This document shows, one piece after another, positions 11,119 to 19,939 of a DNA stretch of 25,391 bases. Every line of letters begins with the position of its first letter. The first letter of the stretch is position 1. The notes beneath the pieces were generated by a model. That model had not been told where the DNA came from, did not search any database, and saw only the letters and a program-made list of their open reading frames with translations. This DNA comes from a candidate division WOR-3 bacterium (lineage in GTDB: Bacteria > Hydrothermota > Tepidihabitantia > Tepidihabitantales > Tepidihabitantaceae), in assembly GCA_965648905.1 (NCBI GenBank), contig CBFGIT010000035.1, positions 1 to 25,391 of the forward strand, written 5' to 3'. The position numbers and the translations under genes are program-made.

Positions 11119-12378
11119 TCACTCTCCTTCGTACACCGGCAGGAGAATCGAAAAGACCGTTCGGCCTGGTTGCGATTCTTTGAGCAGGAGCCGGCCGCCG
11201 TGGTAATTCTCAACGATACGCCGGGCCAGGGTCAACCCCACGCCCCAGCCATGCTTCTTGGTGGTAACGCCGGGCTCGAATATCCGGTCGAGCTTGACGC
11301 CTTCCCCGGTGTCGGTCACCTCGATTTCCAGGAACCGACGGTCCGGGCTGAACACAGAACGCACCGCGACCCGGCCGGGTCTGGAGCCGATAGCGTCAAC
11401 GCTGTTCTTCAGCAGGTTTTCCAGCATCCAGGAGAAGAGGACCTCATCGACGCGCACCGGCGGGTCGTCAATCACCAGGGCTTCGAAATCGATCGTGCTC
11501 GGCGCCCGGCGCCGGACAAAACCCACCGACCGCTGGACCGCAGCGCCGAGTTGCTGCCGGCTGAGTTCCGGAGGCAGACCGATGCGGCTGAACCGGTCGA
11601 GAATCTCGCGCATCCGAACCAGGTCAGGCTCCATCTCGTCGGCAATGGCCGCGCTGCCCTTGGTGCGCAGGACTTCGAGCCAGGCGGAAAACGAAGAAAG
11701 CGGAGTTGCCATCTGATGGGCGGTCTCTTTGGCCAGCGCGGTCCAGATGTGCTCCTGCTCGCGGCGCTTGTAGGCAAGGATACCCCAGATACCCACGGCC
11801 ACGAAGCCCAACAACAGGAAGACCTGTAGAACCGAGAAAAGAGTCAGCGAGCGGACCGAACCGGAAAGCTGCTCGCTGACGCGCCGCAGCGTCAGGGTTG
11901 AGTTCGACAGCCCGTAGTGAATGTAACCGAGCGGACGGGACGAATCGGCATCCGATACGAGGAGCGGTACCGGGTCGTGCTGAACATCAAGCTCACGCAT
12001 CAGAGCGGCCAGTTGAACTGAGTCAGGACGGTCAACGGCCAGGTTGCGCCAGGAAGTCGGTCGGTTCCGGGCATCGGTGATGATGACCGGAAAGTCGAGC
12101 TTCTTGATGACTTCCTCGAAGATGATGTCCAGTTCGGGCGAACCGCCTTCTGACGGCTCGGTTGCACGGCTCATGAACTTGGCGTACATCCGTGAGCGGA
12201 GCTGAGTGTCGAGTTCCAACTGGCTCGACAGCGTCGTGGCATAGTTTTGCCACAGCCGCGACAACCGGATGAGCAGGTACTGAGAGTAGAAGACCCAGAC
12301 CCCGGCCAAACCAAGGAGTCCGACAACGAAATAGAGCTGAAGCAGCCGGGGGCCGAATCCGAATCGGGAGCGGTTCAA
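11119..12378 (-). CDS. Membrane sensor histidine kinase
   Basis: Two TM helices around a periplasmic domain; H-box KETAHQMATPLSS, N-box ENLLKN, DTGEG, GWGVGL; start TTG 12378 chosen because the promoter lies at 12398-12425. Confidence 0.9.
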   Translation of the reverse strand: MNRSRFGFGPRLLQLYFVVGLLGLAGVWVFYSQYLLIRLSRLWQNYATTLSSQLELDTQLRSRMYAKFMSRATEPSEGGSPELDIIFEEVIKKLDFPVIITDARNRPTSWRNLAVDRPDSVQLAALMRELDVQHDPVPLLVSDADSSRPLGYIHYGLSNSTLTLRRVSEQLSGSVRSLTLFSVLQVFLLLGFVAVGIWGILAYKRREQEHIWTALAKETAHQMATPLSSFSAWLEVLRTKGSAAIADEMEPDLVRMREILDRFSRIGLPPELSRQQLGAAVQRSVGFVRRRAPSTIDFEALVIDDPPVRVDEVLFSWMLENLLKNSVDAIGSRPGRVAVRSVFSPDRRFLEIEVTDTGEGVKLDRIFEPGVTTKKHGWGVGLTLARRIVENYHGGRLLLKESQPGRTVFSILLPVYEGE

Positions 12379-12397
12379 GAACGTTGTGTGTCGACTA

Positions 12398-12425
12398 ATG
12401 ATAGACCGGGCCGGCGCTAAGTCAA
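12398..12425 (-). promoter_or_regulatory. Promoter of kinase-porX operon
   Basis: minus strand TTGACT-16 bp-TATCAT. Confidence 0.7.
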
Positions 12426-12500
12426 GCGTACCTGTCGTCCCACCGCCGACCCGGGACCAACGAAACAAGACCAATATCCAAAGTGCCGAATGACCGGAGC

Positions 12501-12528
12501 TTGACTTGGCCCGCCCTGCTTCTAGAAT
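12501..12528 (+). promoter_or_regulatory. Promoter of tRNA-Arg/tadA operon
   Basis: TTGACT-16 bp-TAGAAT. Confidence 0.8.
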
Positions 12529-12545
12529 AAGCCAGCATTACTGTC

Positions 12546-12619
12546 GCGCCCGTAGCTCAATTGGATAGAGTGCCGGACTACGAATCCGTAGGTTGCGCGT
12601 TCAAGTCGCGCCGGGCGCG
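12546..12619 (+). tRNA. tRNA-Arg (anticodon ACG)
   Basis: Acceptor GCGCCCG/CGGGCGC, D arm GCTC..GAGT, anticodon ACG 12580-12582, T arm GCGCG-TTCAAGT-CGCGC; CCA not encoded. Confidence 0.96.
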
Positions 12620-12638
12620 CTATTTGAGTTCAATCCCA

Positions 12639-13145
12639 GTGGACGAGCAGCACGACGCCACGGAACCCGGGTACGCTGAAGAGCGCTGGATGCGCGTCGC
12701 CCTGGCCGAGGCAAAGGCTGCGGCTGAGGAAGGCGAGGTGCCGGTCGGGTGCGTTGTGGTGCGCGAATCGATGATTATCGGCCGTGGCCACAACCGGACC
12801 GAGGGTCTTAAGGACCCGACCGCCCACGCCGAAATCCTCGCCCTGGGCGCGGCTGCCTCGTGCCTGGGCAACTGGCGGCTGTCTGACGCAACCGTGTATG
12901 TGACGGTTGAGCCATGTCTGATGTGCACCGGCGCCCTGGTCCTGGCCCGGCCCGAACGGGTGGTGTTCGGTGCGCGCGACCCGAAGTTCGGTTGTCTCGG
13001 CTCGTGCTACGATATTGCCAAAGACAACCGGTTCAACCACCAGTTCCGCGTCACCGAGGGCGTGCTCGCGGACGAAGCCGCCGGGCTGCTGCGCGAGTTT
13101 TTCCGGACGCGGCGCAGCGGTGAGCGAGTTGGTGCAGGACAATGA
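12639..13145 (+). CDS. tadA: tRNA adenosine(34) deaminase
   Basis: EVPVG, DPTAHAE, TVEPCLMC, VFGARDPK, FNH, LLREFF; start uncertain (TTG 12624, GTG 12639 or ATG 12690). Confidence 0.93.
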   Translation: MDEQHDATEPGYAEERWMRVALAEAKAAAEEGEVPVGCVVVRESMIIGRGHNRTEGLKDPTAHAEILALGAAASCLGNWRLSDATVYVTVEPCLMCTGALVLARPERVVFGARDPKFGCLGSCYDIAKDNRFNHQFRVTEGVLADEAAGLLREFFRTRRSGERVGAGQ

Positions 13146-13156
13146 GAACTGACCAC

Positions 13157-13243
13157 GGAGAGATGGCCGAGTGGACGATGGCGCGTGACTCGAAATCACG
13201 TATACCCGCAAGGGTATCGGGGGTTCAAATCCCTCTCTCTCCG
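13157..13243 (+). tRNA. tRNA-Ser (anticodon CGA)
   Basis: Acceptor GGAGAGA/TCTCTCC, anticodon CGA 13191-13193, variable arm ATACCC-GCAA-GGGTAT, T loop TTCAAAT; CCA not encoded. Confidence 0.96.
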
Positions 13244-13276
13244 TCTCCCCAGCAGTGCAGTTCGGGCAGGACGCGC

Positions 13277-16200
13277 CTGCCGCTGGTCATACTCGTGCTG
13301 CTGGCTCTGTTCGCAGGCTCGGCCCGGGCCGAGCGCCTGAAACTGACCCGGGCTGAGCGACGCCACATTACCGGCACGGTTGAGCAGCACAACCGGTTCA
13401 TCCGCAACTACACCGACATTCAGCGTGAGCTGCCACCGCTGGAGCGATTCCGATTCCAACCAACCGAGCAGGACCAACGCCGGGCTGAGAAGTTGCGGGC
13501 CGGCGGTTACGACACGGTGCGGGTCCTGTGTCTGCGCGTGGAGTTTGTGGCGGACACAACCCCACTGACAACCGGCAACGGAAAGATGGACACGTTCGGG
13601 TTCCTCGCTCCGGATTCCGGGCTGTTCTACGACCCGCCCCACTTCAAGCGGTACTTCGAACGCCAGATGGAAGGACTGCGCAACTATTACCTGGCTCAGT
13701 CCCTTGGTCACCTGTACGTCGACTTCACCGTACTGCCCGAAGACGAGAGAACCTGCTATCAACTGCCGCGCGAGATGCAGTTCTACGGCGACACGACGTC
13801 GTTCTACGCCATTGAGCTGGGACTGGTGCGACTTATGCGCGACGCGCTCAAGGTCGCGGACGAGGCTGACCCGCAGATTCACTTCGGCGATTACGACAAG
13901 TTCATCGTCTTTCACGCGGGTTCCGGGCTCCAGGCTGACTTCGGCCTGCGTCGGGACAGTCCGTTCGACCTGCTGGCAGGCGAAATCCCTGCCGGCGCGA
14001 TTGAGGCATATCTCGGTGTGCCCTACATCAGCGTTGACTCGGGCCGCACCCGTATCGAACAGGCCACGGTTCTGCCCGAGATGATGCGTCAGGATACGAT
14101 GTGGGAAGGTCAGACCAACATCCTCGGCATGACCGGGCTGGCCGGGACTCTGGTGCACGAATTCGCCCACCTGCTCGGAGCCTATGACCTGTACGACGTC
14201 ACCGGTTACACAATGGGTGTGGGGTCGTGGAGCCTGATGGGCTACGGCGGTTGGCTCGGCGACTACGGCGCGGGCGCACCGCCGGGAGTGATTCCGGGTT
14301 TCCTGGATGCCTTTCACCGGGTGCACCTCGGGTTTGTCCGACCGCTGGTGGTAGCCGTACCCCGGGAGTCAATTTTCGTCTACGCTGCCCAGATGGACAC
14401 CGCCTTGTACTCAGCCCGCAATGACACGTTTCATCCAACCGTTGTCAAAGTCCCGATTACCCGCGACGAGTACTTCCTCATCGAGAATCGTCAAATCGAC
14501 GTGCGCCAGCCGGACACGATTGACGTTGACGTCGAGGACGGAGTTGTCATCTCGGTCGCCTACGGTGAATACGATTTCTTCCAACCGTCAGACACCGCCT
14601 GGCCCCGGGGCGGGTCGGGGTTACTCATCTGGCACGTGGACCAGCGCGTGCTCGCCGACTACGGCCCTTACAATGCCGTCAACATCTTTCCTGAACACAA
14701 GGGCGTGGACCTTGAAGAAGGCGACGGCGTCCAGGACTTTGATGTCGTCTACTGGGAGTCGCGCAACCCTGAGTACGAAATCTACGGCCACAAGTTTGAC
14801 CCGTTCTTTGTCGGCGGGTACAACCGCAGCTTCACTGCCCACACCAATCCCAATACTGACGGTTATACCGGAAAGAGCTTCATCAGCGTCACCCTGCTCG
14901 GTGAGGTGGACTCAGCCGCCCGACTCAAAGATACCATTATCCCGGTGAACGTGACCTGGGACCTGCACCAGCCTGGATTTCCCAAGACCGTCGGCAGCTC
15001 GCCCCTGCTGTCGGCATTTGCGGCCGACATCTACGACAACGACACGCTCGCCGTTGCAGTTCTCGACACCGCGGGCAGCCTGCGGGTCTGGCGGGCGGAC
15101 GGGGTCCTGCTGCGTTCGCTCGGTATCGGCAGCCCGACCCGCGCTGACTTGGCAATCGGCGACGTTGCCGGCGATGCGAAGCTGGAAATCGTCGCGTGCG
15201 GGACCAACGGCCAGGTCCGGGTCTTTCCCACTGTCGGAGCGCCGGTCCAGATGAGCACCGGCGACCGCATCCTTGCCGCGCCGGTCCTGGCCGACCTGGA
15301 CGGAGACGGCAAGAAAGAAGTGGTTGTCGGCTCGACCGATATGAAACTCTATGCCTGGAAGGGCAACGGCAGCCTCATGACCGGGTTCCCGGTCAGCGTC
15401 GGCACCGAAATCCGCGCCGCGGTGGCGGTCACCGATACGACCAGACCCCAAATCGTGCTCCTTGCCGGCGACAGCCGGCTGTTTCTGTTCAACCCCGATG
15501 GAACCATCGCGCCCGGGTTCCCGGTCGCGCTCGGCATTTCGCCGTTCTATGCTACCTGTCAGCCGGTTGTCGGCGACTTCAACCGCGACGGCACCCGGGA
15601 AATCATGGTCATCGCGCCCGGTGACCACGACTGCCGTCTGTTCGTCGTGAGCCTTGAAGGCAAAGTCCTGCACCAGTCCGGCGAGTTCATTCGCAGCCCG
15701 GTCTACGGCCAGCCGGCTGCGGCCGACGTCAGCGGCGACGGCTACCCGGATATGCTCGCCGCATCCTGGAACCAGTTGTTCGCCCTGAATCACAACGCCA
15801 CCATGGTCACCAACTACCCATTCACCCAGGACTCGCTTTTCCAGACCACCGAACTGGCCGGCAACTGGATCATCACCTTCGACGAGTACTTCATGTACGC
15901 TTCGTCACCCGTGGTCGCCGACGTCGACGGCAACGGTGACGTCGATGTTGTCATCGGCTCGCCGCGCTACGGTCTCTTGGCCTTCAATGGCCGCACCGGC
16001 GCACCGCTTGACCGTTTCCCGCTCCTGACGACTGCGCGTATCAGTGCCGTGCCTCTGGCCGTGGACCTCGACCAGGATGGTGACGTCGAACTCGCGGTCG
16101 GCTCTGACTCCGGCATCTTCTACGTCTGGGACCTGCCTGGTCCGGCTTCGGGCATCAGGTGGCCCTGCGTATTCCACGACGCCTGCCATACCGGGCTCGT

Positions 16201-16522
16201 GCTCGAATCTGAACTCGGGTCCCTGCCCCAGTTGAGTACTCGCCTTGTCGACGCGCTCTATGTCTACCCCAACCCGGCCGGCCGGCAGGCTCAGGTGCGC
16301 TACCGTCTCGGACCTGACCCGGCCCAGGTGCACATCCGGCTGCTCGACCTGGCCGGCGACCCGGTCGGCGAGGAACTGGCCGGCAGCGCAACCCCGGGGA
16401 TTGACAACGAAACAACGCTCGACCTGCGCCGGACTGCACCCGGGACCTACGTCGTGCGGCTGAACGTGGCTGCCGCGGGCCGGAGCGAAGTCAAGTTCAC
16501 CAAACTGGCGATTGTGAGGTAG
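13277..16522 (+). CDS. Secreted M6-family (immune inhibitor A-like) metalloprotease with FG-GAP repeats and T9SS-type C-terminal domain
   Basis: Signal peptide, VFHAG, HEFAH, DLYD, WSLMGYG, EYFLIENRQ, GLLIWHVD; repeated DxDGDG motifs; YVYPNP...PGTYVVRL...KLAIVR; start uncertain (CTG 13277, GTG 13295, or ATG 13142 before the tRNA). Confidence 0.85.
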   Translation: MPLVILVLLALFAGSARAERLKLTRAERRHITGTVEQHNRFIRNYTDIQRELPPLERFRFQPTEQDQRRAEKLRAGGYDTVRVLCLRVEFVADTTPLTTGNGKMDTFGFLAPDSGLFYDPPHFKRYFERQMEGLRNYYLAQSLGHLYVDFTVLPEDERTCYQLPREMQFYGDTTSFYAIELGLVRLMRDALKVADEADPQIHFGDYDKFIVFHAGSGLQADFGLRRDSPFDLLAGEIPAGAIEAYLGVPYISVDSGRTRIEQATVLPEMMRQDTMWEGQTNILGMTGLAGTLVHEFAHLLGAYDLYDVTGYTMGVGSWSLMGYGGWLGDYGAGAPPGVIPGFLDAFHRVHLGFVRPLVVAVPRESIFVYAAQMDTALYSARNDTFHPTVVKVPITRDEYFLIENRQIDVRQPDTIDVDVEDGVVISVAYGEYDFFQPSDTAWPRGGSGLLIWHVDQRVLADYGPYNAVNIFPEHKGVDLEEGDGVQDFDVVYWESRNPEYEIYGHKFDPFFVGGYNRSFTAHTNPNTDGYTGKSFISVTLLGEVDSAARLKDTIIPVNVTWDLHQPGFPKTVGSSPLLSAFAADIYDNDTLAVAVLDTAGSLRVWRADGVLLRSLGIGSPTRADLAIGDVAGDAKLEIVACGTNGQVRVFPTVGAPVQMSTGDRILAAPVLADLDGDGKKEVVVGSTDMKLYAWKGNGSLMTGFPVSVGTEIRAAVAVTDTTRPQIVLLAGDSRLFLFNPDGTIAPGFPVALGISPFYATCQPVVGDFNRDGTREIMVIAPGDHDCRLFVVSLEGKVLHQSGEFIRSPVYGQPAAADVSGDGYPDMLAASWNQLFALNHNATMVTNYPFTQDSLFQTTELAGNWIITFDEYFMYASSPVVADVDGNGDVDVVIGSPRYGLLAFNGRTGAPLDRFPLLTTARISAVPLAVDLDQDGDVELAVGSDSGIFYVWDLPGPASGIRWPCVFHDACHTGLVLESELGSLPQLSTRLVDALYVYPNPAGRQAQVRYRLGPDPAQVHIRLLDLAGDPVGEELAGSATPGIDNETTLDLRRTAPGTYVVRLNVAAAGRSEVKFTKLAIVR

Positions 16523-16525
16523 GCG

Positions 16526-19270
16526 ATGAACCATGCCCTGAGGCTGCTTGCATTCCACCTGCTTCTGCTCGGTGCGGCTCTGGCCACAACCAGCCCTGAG
16601 ATTCAGCAATTGCTCGACGCCCGCTCGCCTGAGAACCCACGACCTTGGCCGGTCGGCTCAAGGCCGCCCCGAGCCTTCCGCCCGGTCCGTTCCCTGACTC
16701 CGGCATTCACTGATACGGTCATCCGGGACGACTTTGTCTGCAACGATGATGCAACCGGTGGCTGCCGACAACTGAGCGTCCGGATTGCCGCTGACAACCA
16801 CGGCGGATTCGTTGCTGCCTGGCATGAGTTCCGGGACGGTGATACCGACGTCTGGTTCCAGCGATTCGACTCTCTCGGCCGGCCGCTCGGACCAAACGAG
16901 CGTCTCAACACCGACATCACCATGGGCTGGCAGGGCGACGCCGCACCCGGAATCGGGCCGGACGGCCGACTGCTCTTCTCGTGGGAAGACCGCCGCGACA
17001 TCGGCAACTCCGACCTGTTCGGCCAGCGATTCGACCCGTCAGGCAACCGTCTGGGCAACAATTTCCGCATCAGCGACTCGGCCGCGGACGGCGACCAGAG
17101 TTACTCGTCCCTGCACGTCAACCCGACCGGCACCGCACTTGTCGTCTGGGACGACCGAAGGTTCGGCCTGACCGGCGACATTTTCGCTCAGTTCTTCTCT
17201 CCGGACGGCAGTCCGCTCGGCGAGAACTTCCGGGTAAACGATGATGCGGTTGGCCTGGCCAACCAGTACTCGCCCTCGGTCGGTGGCGATGACTCGGGCC
17301 GGTTTGCAGTCGCCTGGATGGACGGCCGGGGACGCAACCCCTACGACTGGAACATCTTCCTGCAGCGCTTCGGCCCGGACCGGAATCGACTCGGTTCCAA
17401 TGTCCAGGTGACCACCGACGAGAGCATTCAATGGACACCGCGCATCGGTGTGGGCCGGTCTGGCCGGGCAGTCGTAGTCTGGGATGACCGCCGCTCCGGC
17501 CAGTGGGACATCTACGCTCAGCTCTACAGCGAGACCGGTGCGCCGATTGGGGCGAACTTCAGAGTCAGCGACGACCCGGGCACAAGCGACCAGTTTGCCG
17601 CTGACGCCGCAGTGAACGTCTTCGACGAGTTCCTCGTTGTCTGGACCGACCGGCGCTCGGGCGACGAGGACGTCTATGCCCGACGCTATGACCGTTCCGG
17701 CAACGCTCTCGGTCCGGGCATTGTCGCCAGCGACGTCAGCACAAACAACCAGGCCATACCTTCGGTCGCCGCCTGCTCGGACGGCGGCTACTGGGTTGCC
17801 TGGGTTGACTCCCGGTCTGGTGACTACGACGTCTACTGCCGTCGCCTGGCCCGCGACGGAACGCCCCTGGCTCCCAGCTTCCGCGTCAACGACGACGAGG
17901 CAAGCTCGCTGCAACGGGTCTCGTCCATCGGCATGGATAGCCGGGGCTGGTCGTGCGTTGTGTGGGAAGATGAACGGACCGGCGCGACCGACATCTACCG
18001 TGCCGTGTTTGACGACGCCGGCCAGATGGTCGGCCCGAACCTGAGAGTCAACGACGACGGCACGGCCGGTGCTCAGCAGTACTACGCGGCTGCGGCCGGT
18101 GGCAGCGGCCGGTTCGTCACTGCCTGGACCGACAACCGGCTCGACTGGGACATCTACGGTCAGTTCCTCGACGGCACTGGTCAGTTGGTCGGTGCCAACT
18201 TCCGAGTCAACACCGACGCACTGGGCACATCTCAATGGTATCCGTACTGCGCGATGGACTCCTCGAACAACTCCGCCATCGCCTGGATGGACTACCGGCT
18301 GGCAGCAACTCAGATTTTCATCCGGCGCTTTGATCCGGCGGGCAACCCGGTTGGCGAGGAGTTCCCGGTCTCTGATACCAACGCCACTGGCATCTATGGC
18401 AGCATCGCCATGAGCCGCAACGGCTGGCTGGTCGCGGCCTGGATGGACTACCGCGACGGCGAGTCGGACATCTTCTGCCAGGCCTTTCGCCCGGATGGAA
18501 CCAGGGTCGGGCCGAACGTCAAGGTCAACGACCCGATCGCCAACACTTACAACGGCTACCCGAGCTGCGCCATTCGCAACGATGGCTCGTACGTTGTCGC
18601 CTGGGAAGATACCCGCAACAACAGCTACGACGTCTACCTTCAGTGGCTCGACTCGACCGGCAACCGTCTCGGCGGCAACGAACGCGTCCCGGACGGCAGG
18701 GCCGACGCCGACTACTACTCGCCAAGCTGTGTTCTTGCTCCGGACGGACGACTGGCCGTGATGTACAACGATGAACGGGACTTCCCGGGTAATCCCCAGA
18801 TATGCTGCCAGCTCTTCGGCCCGGACCGCGCGCGTCAGGGCCGAAGCCAGCAAATCAACCAGCCGAACCTGTTTCCCAAGAACCATCACTGGACCGTAGG
18901 ACAGAGCATCGCAGCCAGCTCTGACCGGGTCGCGTTTGCCTGGACCGACAATCGCCGACATCAGGGCTGGGACATCGTCGCCAAGCTGACCGACTGGGAG
19001 CTGGTCGGTATCACTGGACCGAGTCTCGGGCGTCGGGCCGCAGAACTCAGGCACGGTCGTCTGCCTGGCCTGGCACGCAATCCTGTGCGCTTCACCGTGC
19101 ACGGGCCGGCCCTGGTCCGGGTCTATGACGCGCTCGGTCGCCAGCTTCTCGTCCAGGATGTCGCCGAGACCAACCGACAGGTTGAAGCCGGTCGCCTTAC
19201 TCCCGGGACCTACTTCGTTGTGCTGCGCTTAGCTCAAGGGTCCTCAGTCCAGAAACTGGTAGTGGAGTAG
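16526..19270 (+). CDS. Secreted repeat (probable double beta-propeller) protein with T9SS-type C-terminal domain
   Basis: Signal peptide; 14 repeats of ~55 aa (W.D.R.G..DI..Q.F...G...G.NFRVNDD); C-terminus VRVYDALGR...PGTYFV...KLVVE. Confidence 0.8.
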   Translation: MNHALRLLAFHLLLLGAALATTSPEIQQLLDARSPENPRPWPVGSRPPRAFRPVRSLTPAFTDTVIRDDFVCNDDATGGCRQLSVRIAADNHGGFVAAWHEFRDGDTDVWFQRFDSLGRPLGPNERLNTDITMGWQGDAAPGIGPDGRLLFSWEDRRDIGNSDLFGQRFDPSGNRLGNNFRISDSAADGDQSYSSLHVNPTGTALVVWDDRRFGLTGDIFAQFFSPDGSPLGENFRVNDDAVGLANQYSPSVGGDDSGRFAVAWMDGRGRNPYDWNIFLQRFGPDRNRLGSNVQVTTDESIQWTPRIGVGRSGRAVVVWDDRRSGQWDIYAQLYSETGAPIGANFRVSDDPGTSDQFAADAAVNVFDEFLVVWTDRRSGDEDVYARRYDRSGNALGPGIVASDVSTNNQAIPSVAACSDGGYWVAWVDSRSGDYDVYCRRLARDGTPLAPSFRVNDDEASSLQRVSSIGMDSRGWSCVVWEDERTGATDIYRAVFDDAGQMVGPNLRVNDDGTAGAQQYYAAAAGGSGRFVTAWTDNRLDWDIYGQFLDGTGQLVGANFRVNTDALGTSQWYPYCAMDSSNNSAIAWMDYRLAATQIFIRRFDPAGNPVGEEFPVSDTNATGIYGSIAMSRNGWLVAAWMDYRDGESDIFCQAFRPDGTRVGPNVKVNDPIANTYNGYPSCAIRNDGSYVVAWEDTRNNSYDVYLQWLDSTGNRLGGNERVPDGRADADYYSPSCVLAPDGRLAVMYNDERDFPGNPQICCQLFGPDRARQGRSQQINQPNLFPKNHHWTVGQSIAASSDRVAFAWTDNRRHQGWDIVAKLTDWELVGITGPSLGRRAAELRHGRLPGLARNPVRFTVHGPALVRVYDALGRQLLVQDVAETNRQVEAGRLTPGTYFVVLRLAQGSSVQKLVVE

Positions 19271-19276
19271 CCACCC

Positions 19277-19939
19277 ATGTTCCACGCACTGAGCCTGACA
19301 ATTGTCCTGCTCCCCGGATTGACAGGAGGTGACTCCTCAGTTGCTGCCCCGCCCTCACGCCGGGGCACGGCCATCCTTGCGTCGGTCGCCCTGCCCGGGT
19401 CAGGCCAGCTACTCCTGGGCGCGCGCCGACGCGGCGAAGCTCTGATGTGGCTCGACGGCTCACTCTGGGCGCTCTGGGCTGGCTTCTCGTGGTATGGCCG
19501 GGCGCGCGAGCAGGACGCCCGACTGGTTGCCGCCGGTGAGGCTGGGGCCGACCTGACAGTCCGAACCCCGAGCTACTACAAGGCACTCGAACGCTACGAC
19601 AATGCCGACCAGTACAACGAAGACGTCCGACGCGAAGCACGCGACCTCTATCCGAACGACCCTGATGCCCAGCATCGCTACTATGAGAGCCACGGCTACT
19701 TCGGCTCAGCAGCCTGGGACTGGTCGTCCGACTCGGCCCGCTACGACTACTGGCGCACGCGCAAGTCAAGCCGCACCGCTCTGCTCCGGGCCCAGTTTGC
19801 TACCGGCGCGCTGGTCTTGAATCGACTTGCCAGCCTGGTTGACTGCGCGTTCTTCTGCCGGGAACCGGGCCGGGTCTCGCGACTTCAGTTTCAGCCCGGC
19901 GAGGCCGAGCCGGGCATCAAAGTGTGCTACCGTTTCTAG
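19277..19939 (+). CDS. Conserved hypothetical membrane/exported protein
   Basis: Tight operon spacing, N-terminal hydrophobic segment, SVALPGSGQ motif (TM2/DUF5683-like), Tyr-rich middle, C-terminal YRF. Confidence 0.7.
   Translation: MFHALSLTIVLLPGLTGGDSSVAAPPSRRGTAILASVALPGSGQLLLGARRRGEALMWLDGSLWALWAGFSWYGRAREQDARLVAAGEAGADLTVRTPSYYKALERYDNADQYNEDVRREARDLYPNDPDAQHRYYESHGYFGSAAWDWSSDSARYDYWRTRKSSRTALLRAQFATGALVLNRLASLVDCAFFCREPGRVSRLQFQPGEAEPGIKVCYRF

Noticed and set aside
12561..12638. ORF-track N-terminal extensions (tadA 12561, ubiA 2440, kinase 12474, PorX 11213, 22468, 24280, 24923)
   Set aside because: They overlap tRNAs, promoters or neighbouring genes; better downstream starts exist
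17039..19102. 687-aa antisense ORF (and other long shadow ORFs such as 1389-2342, 13196-14326, 19936-21150)
   Set aside because: They lie opposite well-supported genes, carry no motifs, and are expected from GC-rich codon bias
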